Virus record (IMG/VR): IMGVR_UViG_3300036851_000172
Location: 9,334-73,333 of that record
Length of the DNA: 64,000 nt
DNA from: a virus
Strand: one strand, 5' to 3'
The notes beneath the pieces are model-generated. The model ran no database searches, was not told the DNA's origin, and saw only the letters and a list, made by a program, of their open reading frames with translations. Positions within the stretch are counted from its first letter, which is position 1, and every line of letters begins with the position of its first letter. Below, piece after piece: positions 47,697 to 55,797 of this stretch. Position numbers and translations under genes: made by a program.

Positions 47697-48843
47697 GAAC
47701 TCCATGAATGGCGGCGCGGGTGGCCACAGAGCAGATGTCACCGATGACCATCCTCGAGGTGCCTCCGCGCCGTCCCCCGACCTCGTCACAACCATCTCCG
47801 AAATTCGCTATTGGCATCACCAGCGGGTGTTCGCGATGGATCAGCGAAAGCGGGCTGATCTCGCGCTCGGCGCCTTCCTGCGGGGCGTATTGGGTTGGTC
47901 GAGATCGTTACCGAAGGCAGAGGCTGAGGCCATCAATAGGCGTGCCGCCGATCTCATCGAGACCGGCGAGCGGATGCTCAAGCAAAAGCAGGGCCGCCCG
48001 ATCCGTAAGACGGTCAACGGCGCCGATCCGCTCTATCAGGAGTGGGCGAGCTTCATCGAGGGATGCTTGAACGGGCGCGCGCACTATGTCGCGATCGAGG
48101 ATAAGGCGGTGGCCGAGATGGAACGCCTTGCGGCATTGCTGCCGGTCGCGTCTTGGTTCAACGCCAACGTCTTCTCATCCTCGTTCGTTTCGCTCGCGGT
48201 CATCATTGCGGAGACGGGCGACCTGTCTGGCTACGCCAACCCCGGCAAGGTCTGGAAGCGCATGGGCCTTGCCGTGATGAACGGCGTGCGCCAGGGCGGG
48301 TTGCGCAAGACCGCCTCGAAAGACGAATGGATCGCGCACGGGTATAGCGCCAAGCGCCGCTCGTTCATGTTCGTCATCGGCGATGTGCTGGTCAAGAAGC
48401 AGGGCTATTTGCGCGAGGTCTATCTCGGGGAAAAGCAAAAGCAGCGCACGAAGGCGGTGGCAGCGGGATTGACCGTCGCTCCGGCTGCCAAGATTCCGGA
48501 AAAGCGCAAGGCGGAATTCATCAGCGATGGCCACATCCACAAGATGTCCCAGCGCTATATGGAAAAACGTCTGCTCAAAAATCTTTGGCAGGCGTGGCGG
48601 CGGGCCACCCCGAATCTGGAAACCAGTGAATTAGTGCCCGCCGCAAAAATAGAACCGCAGGCCGTCTCTCTCGTGAATTCCATTGGAGGTTTGCCTGTGG
48701 AGCGCTCGGCCAGGCTCGTTCAGCCAACCATACAAAACGTGCCGAGCGCATCTATTCCGGCGAGAGCCGGTAAGCGGCGGGCCAGGATCGACGCGAACTC
48801 CAATGTACCAGTGCCCGCCGCAAATCTATCGCCTACAACCTAA
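47686..48843 (+). CDS. IS110-related Nop-domain protein without RuvC/HNH (TasA-like)
   Basis: Coiled coil, then LAVIIAETGDL..YANPGKVWKRMGLAV..G...YL.EK...GHIH....RYM.KRLL..LW.AWR; no N-terminal DEDD domain. Confidence 0.75.
   Translation: MTRKNSMNGGAGGHRADVTDDHPRGASAPSPDLVTTISEIRYWHHQRVFAMDQRKRADLALGAFLRGVLGWSRSLPKAEAEAINRRAADLIETGERMLKQKQGRPIRKTVNGADPLYQEWASFIEGCLNGRAHYVAIEDKAVAEMERLAALLPVASWFNANVFSSSFVSLAVIIAETGDLSGYANPGKVWKRMGLAVMNGVRQGGLRKTASKDEWIAHGYSAKRRSFMFVIGDVLVKKQGYLREVYLGEKQKQRTKAVAAGLTVAPAAKIPEKRKAEFISDGHIHKMSQRYMEKRLLKNLWQAWRRATPNLETSELVPAAKIEPQAVSLVNSIGGLPVERSARLVQPTIQNVPSASIPARAGKRRARIDANSNVPVPAANLSPTT
47710..47774 (+). ncRNA. TIGR-like dual-spacer unit 3 (extended loop)
   Basis: GGCGGCGCGGGTGGC-CA-cagagcaga-TGTCACCGATGACCA-tcctcgagg-T-GCCTCCGCGCCGTC. 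Confidence 0.7.
48597..48821 (+). ncRNA. TIGR-like array, units 4-7
   Basis: Units at 48597-48644, 48655-48700, 48702-48749 and 48774-48821, each stem-C(A/G)-N9-9 nt loop ending CCA-N9-TG-stem. Confidence 0.85.
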
Positions 48844-48907
48844 TAACAGTTCGTCGGGTTGCGTGATGTTGCTTGCGTATCGTTCACACGAATCGGGAGA
48901 AACGAAC

Positions 48908-50017
48908 GTGCAATTTCGCGATCATCCGGCCGTGCAAGGCAAGCGCGATTTCTATCCGGTCGATCCGCGCAAGCTCAAAGTGGACGACGCATACAATGTA
49001 AGAGACATGCAGGCGAAGGAGACGCGTGATCACATCGCCTGGCTGAAGGCATCGATCATCGCGGGCGGCGTGCACACTCCGCTGGAAGTCCGGCTCGACG
49101 GCAAGAATATCTTTGTCGTTGCAGGGCATTGCAGGCTGGCCGCCGTCCTCGAGGCGATCGAGGAAGGGAATCCGATCGCGACCGTACCCTGCATCCCGGA
49201 AGCCAAAGGTACCGACGAGATCGACCGCACGGTCAACCTAGTCATCTCGAATTCCGGCAAGCCGCTGTCACCATTGGAAGTGGCGAAGGTGGTCAAACGG
49301 CTCCAAGGCTACGGCTGGGAGCCGAAGCAGATCGCCGAACGGCTGGGCTGGAAGTCCACCAACACGGTCAAGCAACATCTCGACATGCTGGCGCTGCCGG
49401 AAGGCGTCAAGAAGCACGTCCGTGAAGGCAATGTCTCGGCGACGACAGCGCGTCATCTCGCGAAGGGCGTCGATCCGGACGAAGCCGAGAAGATGATCCA
49501 GGCGAACCTGGAAGAGAACCGGCGCATCAAGGGACCAAGGCGGCGAACGACAGTCACACGAAAAACGATCGAGCGGGACAGGCCGAAGCCGCGAGCGGCC
49601 GAGGCCAAGTACGAGCCCCAGCCAGTTCCGGAACCGGTAGCGGCATCGGAAACTGTTTCGATTGTTTTCGGCAAGTCTGGCGGCGCAGGTGGCGGCAACA
49701 GCCTTTCGTCGCAGCCTCCAGAGCAGATGCCGGCTCCGGTGGCTGAGCAGCGTGAGACATCAATTCAGCCAGCCAATCCCGACTGGAACGGCCCAACGCT
49801 CGCCGACTGCCAAGTTCGGATTGAGTCGTTCGAACGCCCGCCCGCAGGCGTCAAAGACCTCATCGACGCGCTCGCCCCCTTCGCCCACTGCGCCGAGTTG
49901 AATTTGCTCTATGCACGCGACGACAGCGAGGTGATCGAGGTTCTTGTCGGCGACATCAAGCGCGCTTGGAAGGCCTGGTCGAAGGCGACTGGCGCCGACG
50001 TGAAGGATGCAGCCTGA
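48908..50017 (+). CDS. ParB/Srx-domain protein with HTH
   Basis: NVR...LKASI..GGV..PL.V......VVAGHCRL.A; N.GKPL..LE.A....L...GW....IA.RLG. Confidence 0.8.
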   Translation: MQFRDHPAVQGKRDFYPVDPRKLKVDDAYNVRDMQAKETRDHIAWLKASIIAGGVHTPLEVRLDGKNIFVVAGHCRLAAVLEAIEEGNPIATVPCIPEAKGTDEIDRTVNLVISNSGKPLSPLEVAKVVKRLQGYGWEPKQIAERLGWKSTNTVKQHLDMLALPEGVKKHVREGNVSATTARHLAKGVDPDEAEKMIQANLEENRRIKGPRRRTTVTRKTIERDRPKPRAAEAKYEPQPVPEPVAASETVSIVFGKSGGAGGGNSLSSQPPEQMPAPVAEQRETSIQPANPDWNGPTLADCQVRIESFERPPAGVKDLIDALAPFAHCAELNLLYARDDSEVIEVLVGDIKRAWKAWSKATGADVKDAA

Positions 50018-50195
50018 TGGCGCGCTACCCGATCCTGCGCGCATCTGCGCATGTCCGCCACGCCACCGTGGTGGCTGCGGCCTGGTGGTGGTGCCCGCCG
50101 GTGATGATGGTGCGGTTGGCCGACCATGCCGACGTCGTCGATGACTTCTACGACGCGTTGGAAGGCAAGGACGACGACGATGAGGGCGCGGACTG

Positions 50196-50438
50196 ATGCA
50201 AATCACCCGCGCCAACATCGATGAGCTGCTGGATGCCGGCGCATTGCAATTCAACGGCGGCCCCTATGGCTGGCTCGTCATGCGCCGCGACGGGCCAACG
50301 GAACGAACGAGGCGAAGCATCTATCTCAACTACGAAGTCGGCGAATGTTTCCAGGTGTTCGGTGCGATCGGGGATTATGACTTCGATGTGAACGGCGGGG
50401 CGCTGTCGTCGTATTGGTATCGCGTGCGGTTGCAGTGA
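50196..50438 (+). CDS. hypothetical protein
   Basis: TGATG overlap; ITR.N...LD.G...RR.G.T. Confidence 0.5.
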   Translation: MQITRANIDELLDAGALQFNGGPYGWLVMRRDGPTERTRRSIYLNYEVGECFQVFGAIGDYDFDVNGGALSSYWYRVRLQ

Positions 50439-50456
50439 TCGACAGATGATTGAGAG

Positions 50457-50753
50457 GTGATACTTATGGCGACGCCTTTGGAAATAGACATCGCGCTTTG
50501 GTACTGCACGAGAGCTGGAGATTATGGCGCCCAGACGGGCGACTACAATTTCCTTGCGCCAGGAGTCCAAGACGCCTTTCAGCGCATGGTCGATGCTGGC
50601 TTGCTGAAGAAGCACGTTCCGAATAGCGACCTTCCACAACATTTCCACAACACCGAAGGCTTGCTGGTCTACGTCGAAGCGCTCTGCGCCATTCCTTGGC
50701 CGGAACAGCGCTGGGTCGTCCCCGACGTATCACACACCAAAGGTGAGCTATAG
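50457..50753 (+). CDS. hypothetical protein (wHTH-like)
   Basis: TP.EI...L.Y...T.G...V..LC..P.P...W. Confidence 0.5.
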   Translation: MILMATPLEIDIALWYCTRAGDYGAQTGDYNFLAPGVQDAFQRMVDAGLLKKHVPNSDLPQHFHNTEGLLVYVEALCAIPWPEQRWVVPDVSHTKGEL

Positions 50754-51104
50754 ATGAGCGAAGTCCGCATCCCGATCTTCATCCAGTGCCGCTCTGGTGA
50801 GAAGGCTATCGAGGCATGGGCGCGCAACGCCGATGCGCCGCTTGCCTGTCACCCTATCTACAACAACGCCAGTGACGACGGCGCCTGGATCATTACGCAT
50901 CGCAAGACCGGACTGGTCGTCAATCCTTCGCGCACCTATTCCAAGGATGACGCGCTGGCCCTGATCGATATTTACGCACCACTTGCCGATTGGGACGGCG
51001 AGCCGATGAAGGTCGCGGGACTGCGTGACGTGATCGAGGCCGCATATGAACAATTCGAGCCATCATCAAATACGCAACAATCGCTCACTCCGCATGAGCA
51101 ATAG
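50754..51104 (+). CDS. hypothetical protein
   Basis: W.ITH..TG motif. Confidence 0.5.
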   Translation: MSEVRIPIFIQCRSGEKAIEAWARNADAPLACHPIYNNASDDGAWIITHRKTGLVVNPSRTYSKDDALALIDIYAPLADWDGEPMKVAGLRDVIEAAYEQFEPSSNTQQSLTPHEQ

Positions 51105-51860
51105 ATGACGCAGCTCGTCCTCTCACTGTTTCCCGGCATTGGTCTGCTCGACATGGCTTTCGAGGAAGAGGGCTATTGCGTCGTACGCGGGCCGGATTTG
51201 CTCTGGGGTGGCGACATCAAACGCTTCCATCCGCCGGCCGGCAAGTTTGAGGGCATCATTGGCGGGCCGCCGTGTCAGGCATTCTCACGGCTGCGGCATA
51301 TCGTCGAGGCCAACGGCTACCAAGTCGCAGAGAACCTGATCCCGGAATTTGAGCGCGTTGTCGCTGAAGCGCAGCCGAAGTGGTTCCTGATGGAGAACGT
51401 CCCGGCCGCCCCGGCACCCTTCGTGCCCGGATACGTTGGGGTGTCAAGGATCACGCGCGATTATTGGGTCGGCGGCATTACCAACCGCGAGCGACGGTTC
51501 ACGTTCGCTGCATGGGGCTCGTGGGCAGCTGACGGCTTCCATCTGCCTAGCCTTGCTCTACACACGACCGAGCCTGAGCACTCGGCACTCGCGTCCGGCG
51601 GCGGTCGCCCCGTGCCCGTGGCCGTTGGTGGCAGCGGCAAGGTCAAGCGCAGCAAAAAAAGCGCGCTGAAAAACTACGGCTACAAGACCGCCGATGCCTT
51701 CGCAAACCATTGCCGGCTGCAAGGTCTGCCAGACGATTTTGACTTGCCGCCATTCTCGGTCGCCGCAAAGGTTAAGGCGGTTGGCAACGGTGTGCCGCTC
51801 GCAATGGGGCGCGCCGTAGCGAAGGCAGTCAAAGCCGCAAGTATAGCACACGACGAATAA
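51105..51860 (+). CDS. DNA cytosine-5 methyltransferase
   Basis: LSLFPGIG (I), GGPPCQ.FS (IV), ENV (VI), R.R (VIII), GNGV (X). Confidence 0.9.
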   Translation: MTQLVLSLFPGIGLLDMAFEEEGYCVVRGPDLLWGGDIKRFHPPAGKFEGIIGGPPCQAFSRLRHIVEANGYQVAENLIPEFERVVAEAQPKWFLMENVPAAPAPFVPGYVGVSRITRDYWVGGITNRERRFTFAAWGSWAADGFHLPSLALHTTEPEHSALASGGGRPVPVAVGGSGKVKRSKKSALKNYGYKTADAFANHCRLQGLPDDFDLPPFSVAAKVKAVGNGVPLAMGRAVAKAVKAASIAHDE

Positions 51861-51955
51861 TCAGACCGTTCTAGTTCCTGTCGCGTTTGTAGTTCCCCAG
51901 TCCAGTTGCATCAGTTGCGTGTTGCGTATCCCTCACATCGAAGGATCGATCACGC

Positions 51956-52561
51956 ATGGGTGTGCATTGGCCAGATGACGTCATCGATCGGCTGACGTCG
52001 CTGTGGAAGTCGGGCGCGTCGTGCTCCCGCATCGCCCAAAAGCTAAACGACAGATTCGGGATGGGGCTCACCCGCAATGCGGTGATCGGCAAAGTCCATC
52101 GGTTGAAGCTGGCGAGCAGGCCGCGGAAACCCGGTGAGCCGCCAGCCGAACGGGCACCGCGATCCGACACGGCAAAAGCATCGAAACGAATTCAGCTCAA
52201 GCGCAACCGCCCGAAGTGGGACGCGCAGACGCAATCCTTCGAACCCGAAACGGAGCCTCAAGTGGCGAGTGTTCTCATGTCCGATCTCGATATACCGAAG
52301 TCGCAGCGCAAGACGCTGATGCAGTTGACCGAGCACAGCTGCAGGTGGCCGGTCGGTGATGTCGGCGCTCCGGATTTCTTCTTCTGTGGTGCGGAGCCGA
52401 TGAAGGGTTGTGCGTATTGCGTGCCGCATCAGCATCGCTCGCTCAGCGGCAGCAGCCGCAACATCAGCGATGAGGAGCGGGCGCGGCGCGAGCAGTTCGG
52501 CGCCAAGGCGGCAGAGCGATTCCGTCAGGGTCGGCAAGCTTTCGAGCGGGTGGCGTCATGA
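51956..52561 (+). CDS. gcrA: GcrA-family cell-cycle regulator (phage B copy)
   Basis: W....L..LW..G.S...IA......TRNAVIGKVHRL; L.E..CRWPVGD....FFFCG......YC..H. Confidence 0.9.
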   Translation: MGVHWPDDVIDRLTSLWKSGASCSRIAQKLNDRFGMGLTRNAVIGKVHRLKLASRPRKPGEPPAERAPRSDTAKASKRIQLKRNRPKWDAQTQSFEPETEPQVASVLMSDLDIPKSQRKTLMQLTEHSCRWPVGDVGAPDFFFCGAEPMKGCAYCVPHQHRSLSGSSRNISDEERARREQFGAKAAERFRQGRQAFERVAS

Positions 52562-52959
52562 GCGCAGCAACCTCCTATCAGGCACCACCTCTCGGCGCTC
52601 TCTGCTATCTCGCGACGCCATATTCAAAGTATGCCGGCGGTCTCGATGCTGCGTTCCGCGATGCTGCGAAGCTCGCCGCGCTGCTCTTGCGCGCCGGAGT
52701 CAAGTGCTACAGCCCGATCGCACACACGCATCCGATCGCGGTTCACGGCAAGGTCGATCCGCTCGATCATTCAATCTGGCTGCCCTTCGATGAGGCCATG
52801 ATGCGTGCAGCCGACGTGCTGCTGGTCGCCGAGATGGACGGGTGGAAGGAAAGCAAAGGCGTCCTGCACGAGATCAACTTCTTCGCTACGGCTGGCAAGC
52901 CGGTGTTTTACCTCGATCCGGCGACGTTGACGATGCGCAAGCAGGCAAGGGCGGCATGA
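52558..52959 (+). CDS. DUF1937 / nucleoside deoxyribosyltransferase-like protein
   Basis: YLATPYS...SPIAHTH...W...D...GW.ES.GV..EI. Confidence 0.75.
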   Translation: MSAATSYQAPPLGALCYLATPYSKYAGGLDAAFRDAAKLAALLLRAGVKCYSPIAHTHPIAVHGKVDPLDHSIWLPFDEAMMRAADVLLVAEMDGWKESKGVLHEINFFATAGKPVFYLDPATLTMRKQARAA

Positions 52960-53198
52960 GCGATATCGATCTCGACGATGACGCCGACGACCGCGCCATC
53001 GCCCGCGAGCGCGCCGAGCGCACCATGCAGCGGCGCACCGAGACCTGCGCCATGCATTGGCAATTGCTTCAAGCCTTTCTCGGCCGGGCCTCCAGCATTG
53101 TCCGCGACGGCAGGAACGTGCGCGTGCAGTTTTCAGCCGAGATCGATGCGGAGCAGTTCGCGCAATTCATCGGCAGGAAGTGGGGCGTCAATGGCTGA
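52956..53198 (+). CDS. hypothetical protein
   Basis: ATGA overlap; coupled run. Confidence 0.5.
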   Translation: MSDIDLDDDADDRAIARERAERTMQRRTETCAMHWQLLQAFLGRASSIVRDGRNVRVQFSAEIDAEQFAQFIGRKWGVNG

Positions 53199-54174
53199 CA
53201 AGTCCGCCATCGAATGGACCGACGCGTCCTGGACGCCGATTCGCGCGCGCAACCTCAAGACCGGCAAGCTCGGCTGGCATTGCGAGCACGCCACGACCGG
53301 GTGCGAGTTCTGCTATTCCGAAGGATTCAACAAGCGGCTTGGCACTGGCCTCCAGTACAAACCCGGTCACCGCAAGGACATCGAGATATTCCTCGACGAA
53401 GACATGCTGAAGGCGCCATTGCGCTGGAAAAAGCCTCGCATGATCTTCGTCTGTTCGATGACCGACGCCTTTGGAGACTTCGTCAAGGACGAATGGCTCG
53501 ACAAGATGTTCGCCGTCATGGCGCTGTGTCCACAGCATACCTTCCAGGTGCTGACGAAGCGTGCGGAGGGGATGCGCGACTATCTGACATCAAAGAACGT
53601 CGCGACGCGGATTGCGCATCATTCAATCCTGTTGGCCGGTCCGCGAGAGGACCGCGTCATTTCCGAGCGGGTTCTTTGGTCAATCGGTTTGCGAGAAAAG
53701 CCGGTTCCGAACGGCTTCGTTAATTGGCCGCTTCCCAACCTATGGCTCGGAGTCTCCTGCGAACGTCAGCAGGAAGCCGATGAGCGCATTCCGTTTCTGT
53801 TGCAGATGCCGGCAGCGGTGCGATTCGTATCGGCTGAGCCGCTGTTGGGGGCGATTGATCTTCTCGGCAACCATTGGCTGACGCAATTCATTCCGGCCGA
53901 GGGCGAGCCATTTCCAGCACGGTTGGACTGGGTCATCGTCGGTGGTGAGAGCGGCCATAACGCGAGGCCGTTCCATATCGACTGGGCTGAATCGATTGTC
54001 GCTCAATGTGCCTATCGGGGCGTCGCCTGCTTCGTCAAGCAACTCGGCGCCTGCGCCATGTCGGACGGCTATCCGATGCACTACGCCGATCGCAAGGGCG
54101 GCGATTGGGACGAGTGGCCGGAGTCGCTGCGCGTCCGACAATTCCCAGTTGCCGCCCGCGAGGTCGCTGCATGA
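53191..54174 (+). CDS. DUF5131 (Gp37/Gp68) radical-SAM-like protein
   Basis: IEWTD.SW.P...C......C..CY...IFV.SM.D.F...H.FQVLTKR...RF.S.EPLLG...WVIVGGESG. Confidence 0.9.
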   Translation: MADKSAIEWTDASWTPIRARNLKTGKLGWHCEHATTGCEFCYSEGFNKRLGTGLQYKPGHRKDIEIFLDEDMLKAPLRWKKPRMIFVCSMTDAFGDFVKDEWLDKMFAVMALCPQHTFQVLTKRAEGMRDYLTSKNVATRIAHHSILLAGPREDRVISERVLWSIGLREKPVPNGFVNWPLPNLWLGVSCERQQEADERIPFLLQMPAAVRFVSAEPLLGAIDLLGNHWLTQFIPAEGEPFPARLDWVIVGGESGHNARPFHIDWAESIVAQCAYRGVACFVKQLGACAMSDGYPMHYADRKGGDWDEWPESLRVRQFPVAAREVAA

Positions 54175-54482
54175 CCCGCACCCGCGACACCTTCGACATG
54201 TTCTCCCCGCCGGACCGCGGCCGCTTCGGCGACAATGAATCCATCCGTGGCAACGACAGCGTCCGGTCGAACCTCTGCGATCTCGATCTGATCCTGCACA
54301 ACGACAATCCGCAAAAGAAGGCCATCGCTGTTTCGCTGGCCAAGGACACCCCGTTCGCGCGCTGGGCGTGGCTGCCACGATCGATGATCGAATACGAGAA
54401 GACCGGCATTGGCCGGGACGGCGGCGCATTGGTGCGGGTGACGCTGCCGGAGACATTGGCGAAGCAGAAGGGGTTGATATGA
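54171..54482 (+). CDS. hypothetical protein
   Basis: KAI.V...WLP.S.IE...VTLPE.LA..KGLI. Confidence 0.6.
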   Translation: MTRTRDTFDMFSPPDRGRFGDNESIRGNDSVRSNLCDLDLILHNDNPQKKAIAVSLAKDTPFARWAWLPRSMIEYEKTGIGRDGGALVRVTLPETLAKQKGLI

Positions 54483-55126
54483 CGGAGGACCGAAAACCGT
54501 TCTGGGTCAAGTGCCCGACGTGTTCCCACTGCTGGGCGGCGGTGTATGCCCCGATGGAGGTGCGAGCGTTCGCCGAGACCGTGATGGCAGCGCGGTGCCC
54601 GATGTGCGGCGAGACCAAGAAGATCGGTATCGCCAAACAGGATAACGGAAAGCTGCTTGAGAATTGCCCGCCCCCTTTGCCGGGTACTATTCCCGACGTT
54701 GCCGAGCGCTTGGTCGCGTGGCTGTCGTCGGGCGATACCGGCATTTCATCCAAGGCACTCGCCGCGCACATGAGCGGCCGCGAGGACGCGGACACGCGCG
54801 GGTGGGGTTGGCGTCATCCATCAGATCCAGACGACCTCGGACGCTGTCTGAGGCTGATCGAACTATTCCCGGAGTGGAAGGCTCGCATCGGCGAGATGGC
54901 GATGCACGGTCCCGGATGGGCAGGCCTTGTCAGGCGCTGGGATGAGATCGCCAAATCGATGACCGACGAAGTCGGCCTTGCGTGGGAGAAAGGGAAGCGG
55001 GCGCCGAAAACCTATGAGCTAATGCAAGTCGCCATCGGCGAAGGCTATCGCGCCGATCCGACCTTGGAATGCACCTTCGACGAACGCGGACATCTTCGCT
55101 CTGCGCAGAGCAAGAGCGCGGCATAG
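54479..55126 (+). CDS. zinc-ribbon fused phage protein
   Basis: CPTC.H...CPMCG; W...DTG.SS...P.D..D..RC..L. Confidence 0.6.
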   Translation: MTEDRKPFWVKCPTCSHCWAAVYAPMEVRAFAETVMAARCPMCGETKKIGIAKQDNGKLLENCPPPLPGTIPDVAERLVAWLSSGDTGISSKALAAHMSGREDADTRGWGWRHPSDPDDLGRCLRLIELFPEWKARIGEMAMHGPGWAGLVRRWDEIAKSMTDEVGLAWEKGKRAPKTYELMQVAIGEGYRADPTLECTFDERGHLRSAQSKSAA

Positions 55127-55137
55127 GACACGACATC

Positions 55138-55797
55138 ATGAACACCATCGGCAAGAACACGATCGCGGGCGAGCTGCTGCGCGGCTTCGTCGATCGCATC
55201 GAGCACATCAACGCCGAGATCAAGGAATTGCAGAACGACAAGGGCGTGGTATTGGCGGAAGCCAAGGCCGCGAACCTCGTGCCTGCTGGCATCAATTACA
55301 TCGTCAAGAAGCGCAAGATGAAGCCGTCCGAACGCGCCGAGGCGGAAGCGCTTGAAGACATGTACCTGCATTCCATGGGTATGGCAGCCGACAATCCGCT
55401 GTTCCGCGCCGTCGGCCTGATGAAGGTCGATATCACGGCGCGCGAATCCGTCATCGAGGCGATGAAGAAATTCGTTCCGGCGAACGGCTCGATCACGGTC
55501 GAGGCCGGCGGCGCGCCGGTCCGGCTCACGCGCGATGCCGACGGCAACATCAGCGTCACCGAGGTCATCGAGAAGCCGGTCGAGAGCGGCAAGCCCGGCA
55601 CCAGCAAGCGCACGCCGCCGCCGAAGCCTGATGTCCCGGACGTCGATGGCGATGGCGCGGAAGCACTCGGCCGCGCCGCGTTCAAGGCCGACGTGCCCAT
55701 CATCAACAATCCGTTTCCGTTCGGCGATAGCCGGCGGGCACGCTGGGATGAGGGCTGGCGCCACGAAGGCGGCGGCGATGGCATGGGCGACGACTGA
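55138..55797 (+). CDS. GapR (DUF2312)-like nucleoid protein with RMF-like C-terminal motif
   Basis: LRGFVDRIE....E..E...D...V.AEAK...E...L..Y...G; C-terminal GR.A...NPF.......W..GW. Confidence 0.75.
   Translation: MNTIGKNTIAGELLRGFVDRIEHINAEIKELQNDKGVVLAEAKAANLVPAGINYIVKKRKMKPSERAEAEALEDMYLHSMGMAADNPLFRAVGLMKVDITARESVIEAMKKFVPANGSITVEAGGAPVRLTRDADGNISVTEVIEKPVESGKPGTSKRTPPPKPDVPDVDGDGAEALGRAAFKADVPIINNPFPFGDSRRARWDEGWRHEGGGDGMGDD

Noticed and set aside
48597-48821. CRISPR array
   Set aside because: No constant 23-47 nt repeat, variable parts are only 9 nt, and no cas genes are visible.
47686-48843. Active IS110 insertion sequence
   Set aside because: No N-terminal DEDD/RuvC domain, and the gene is coupled into a phage operon with no sign of an interrupted gene.
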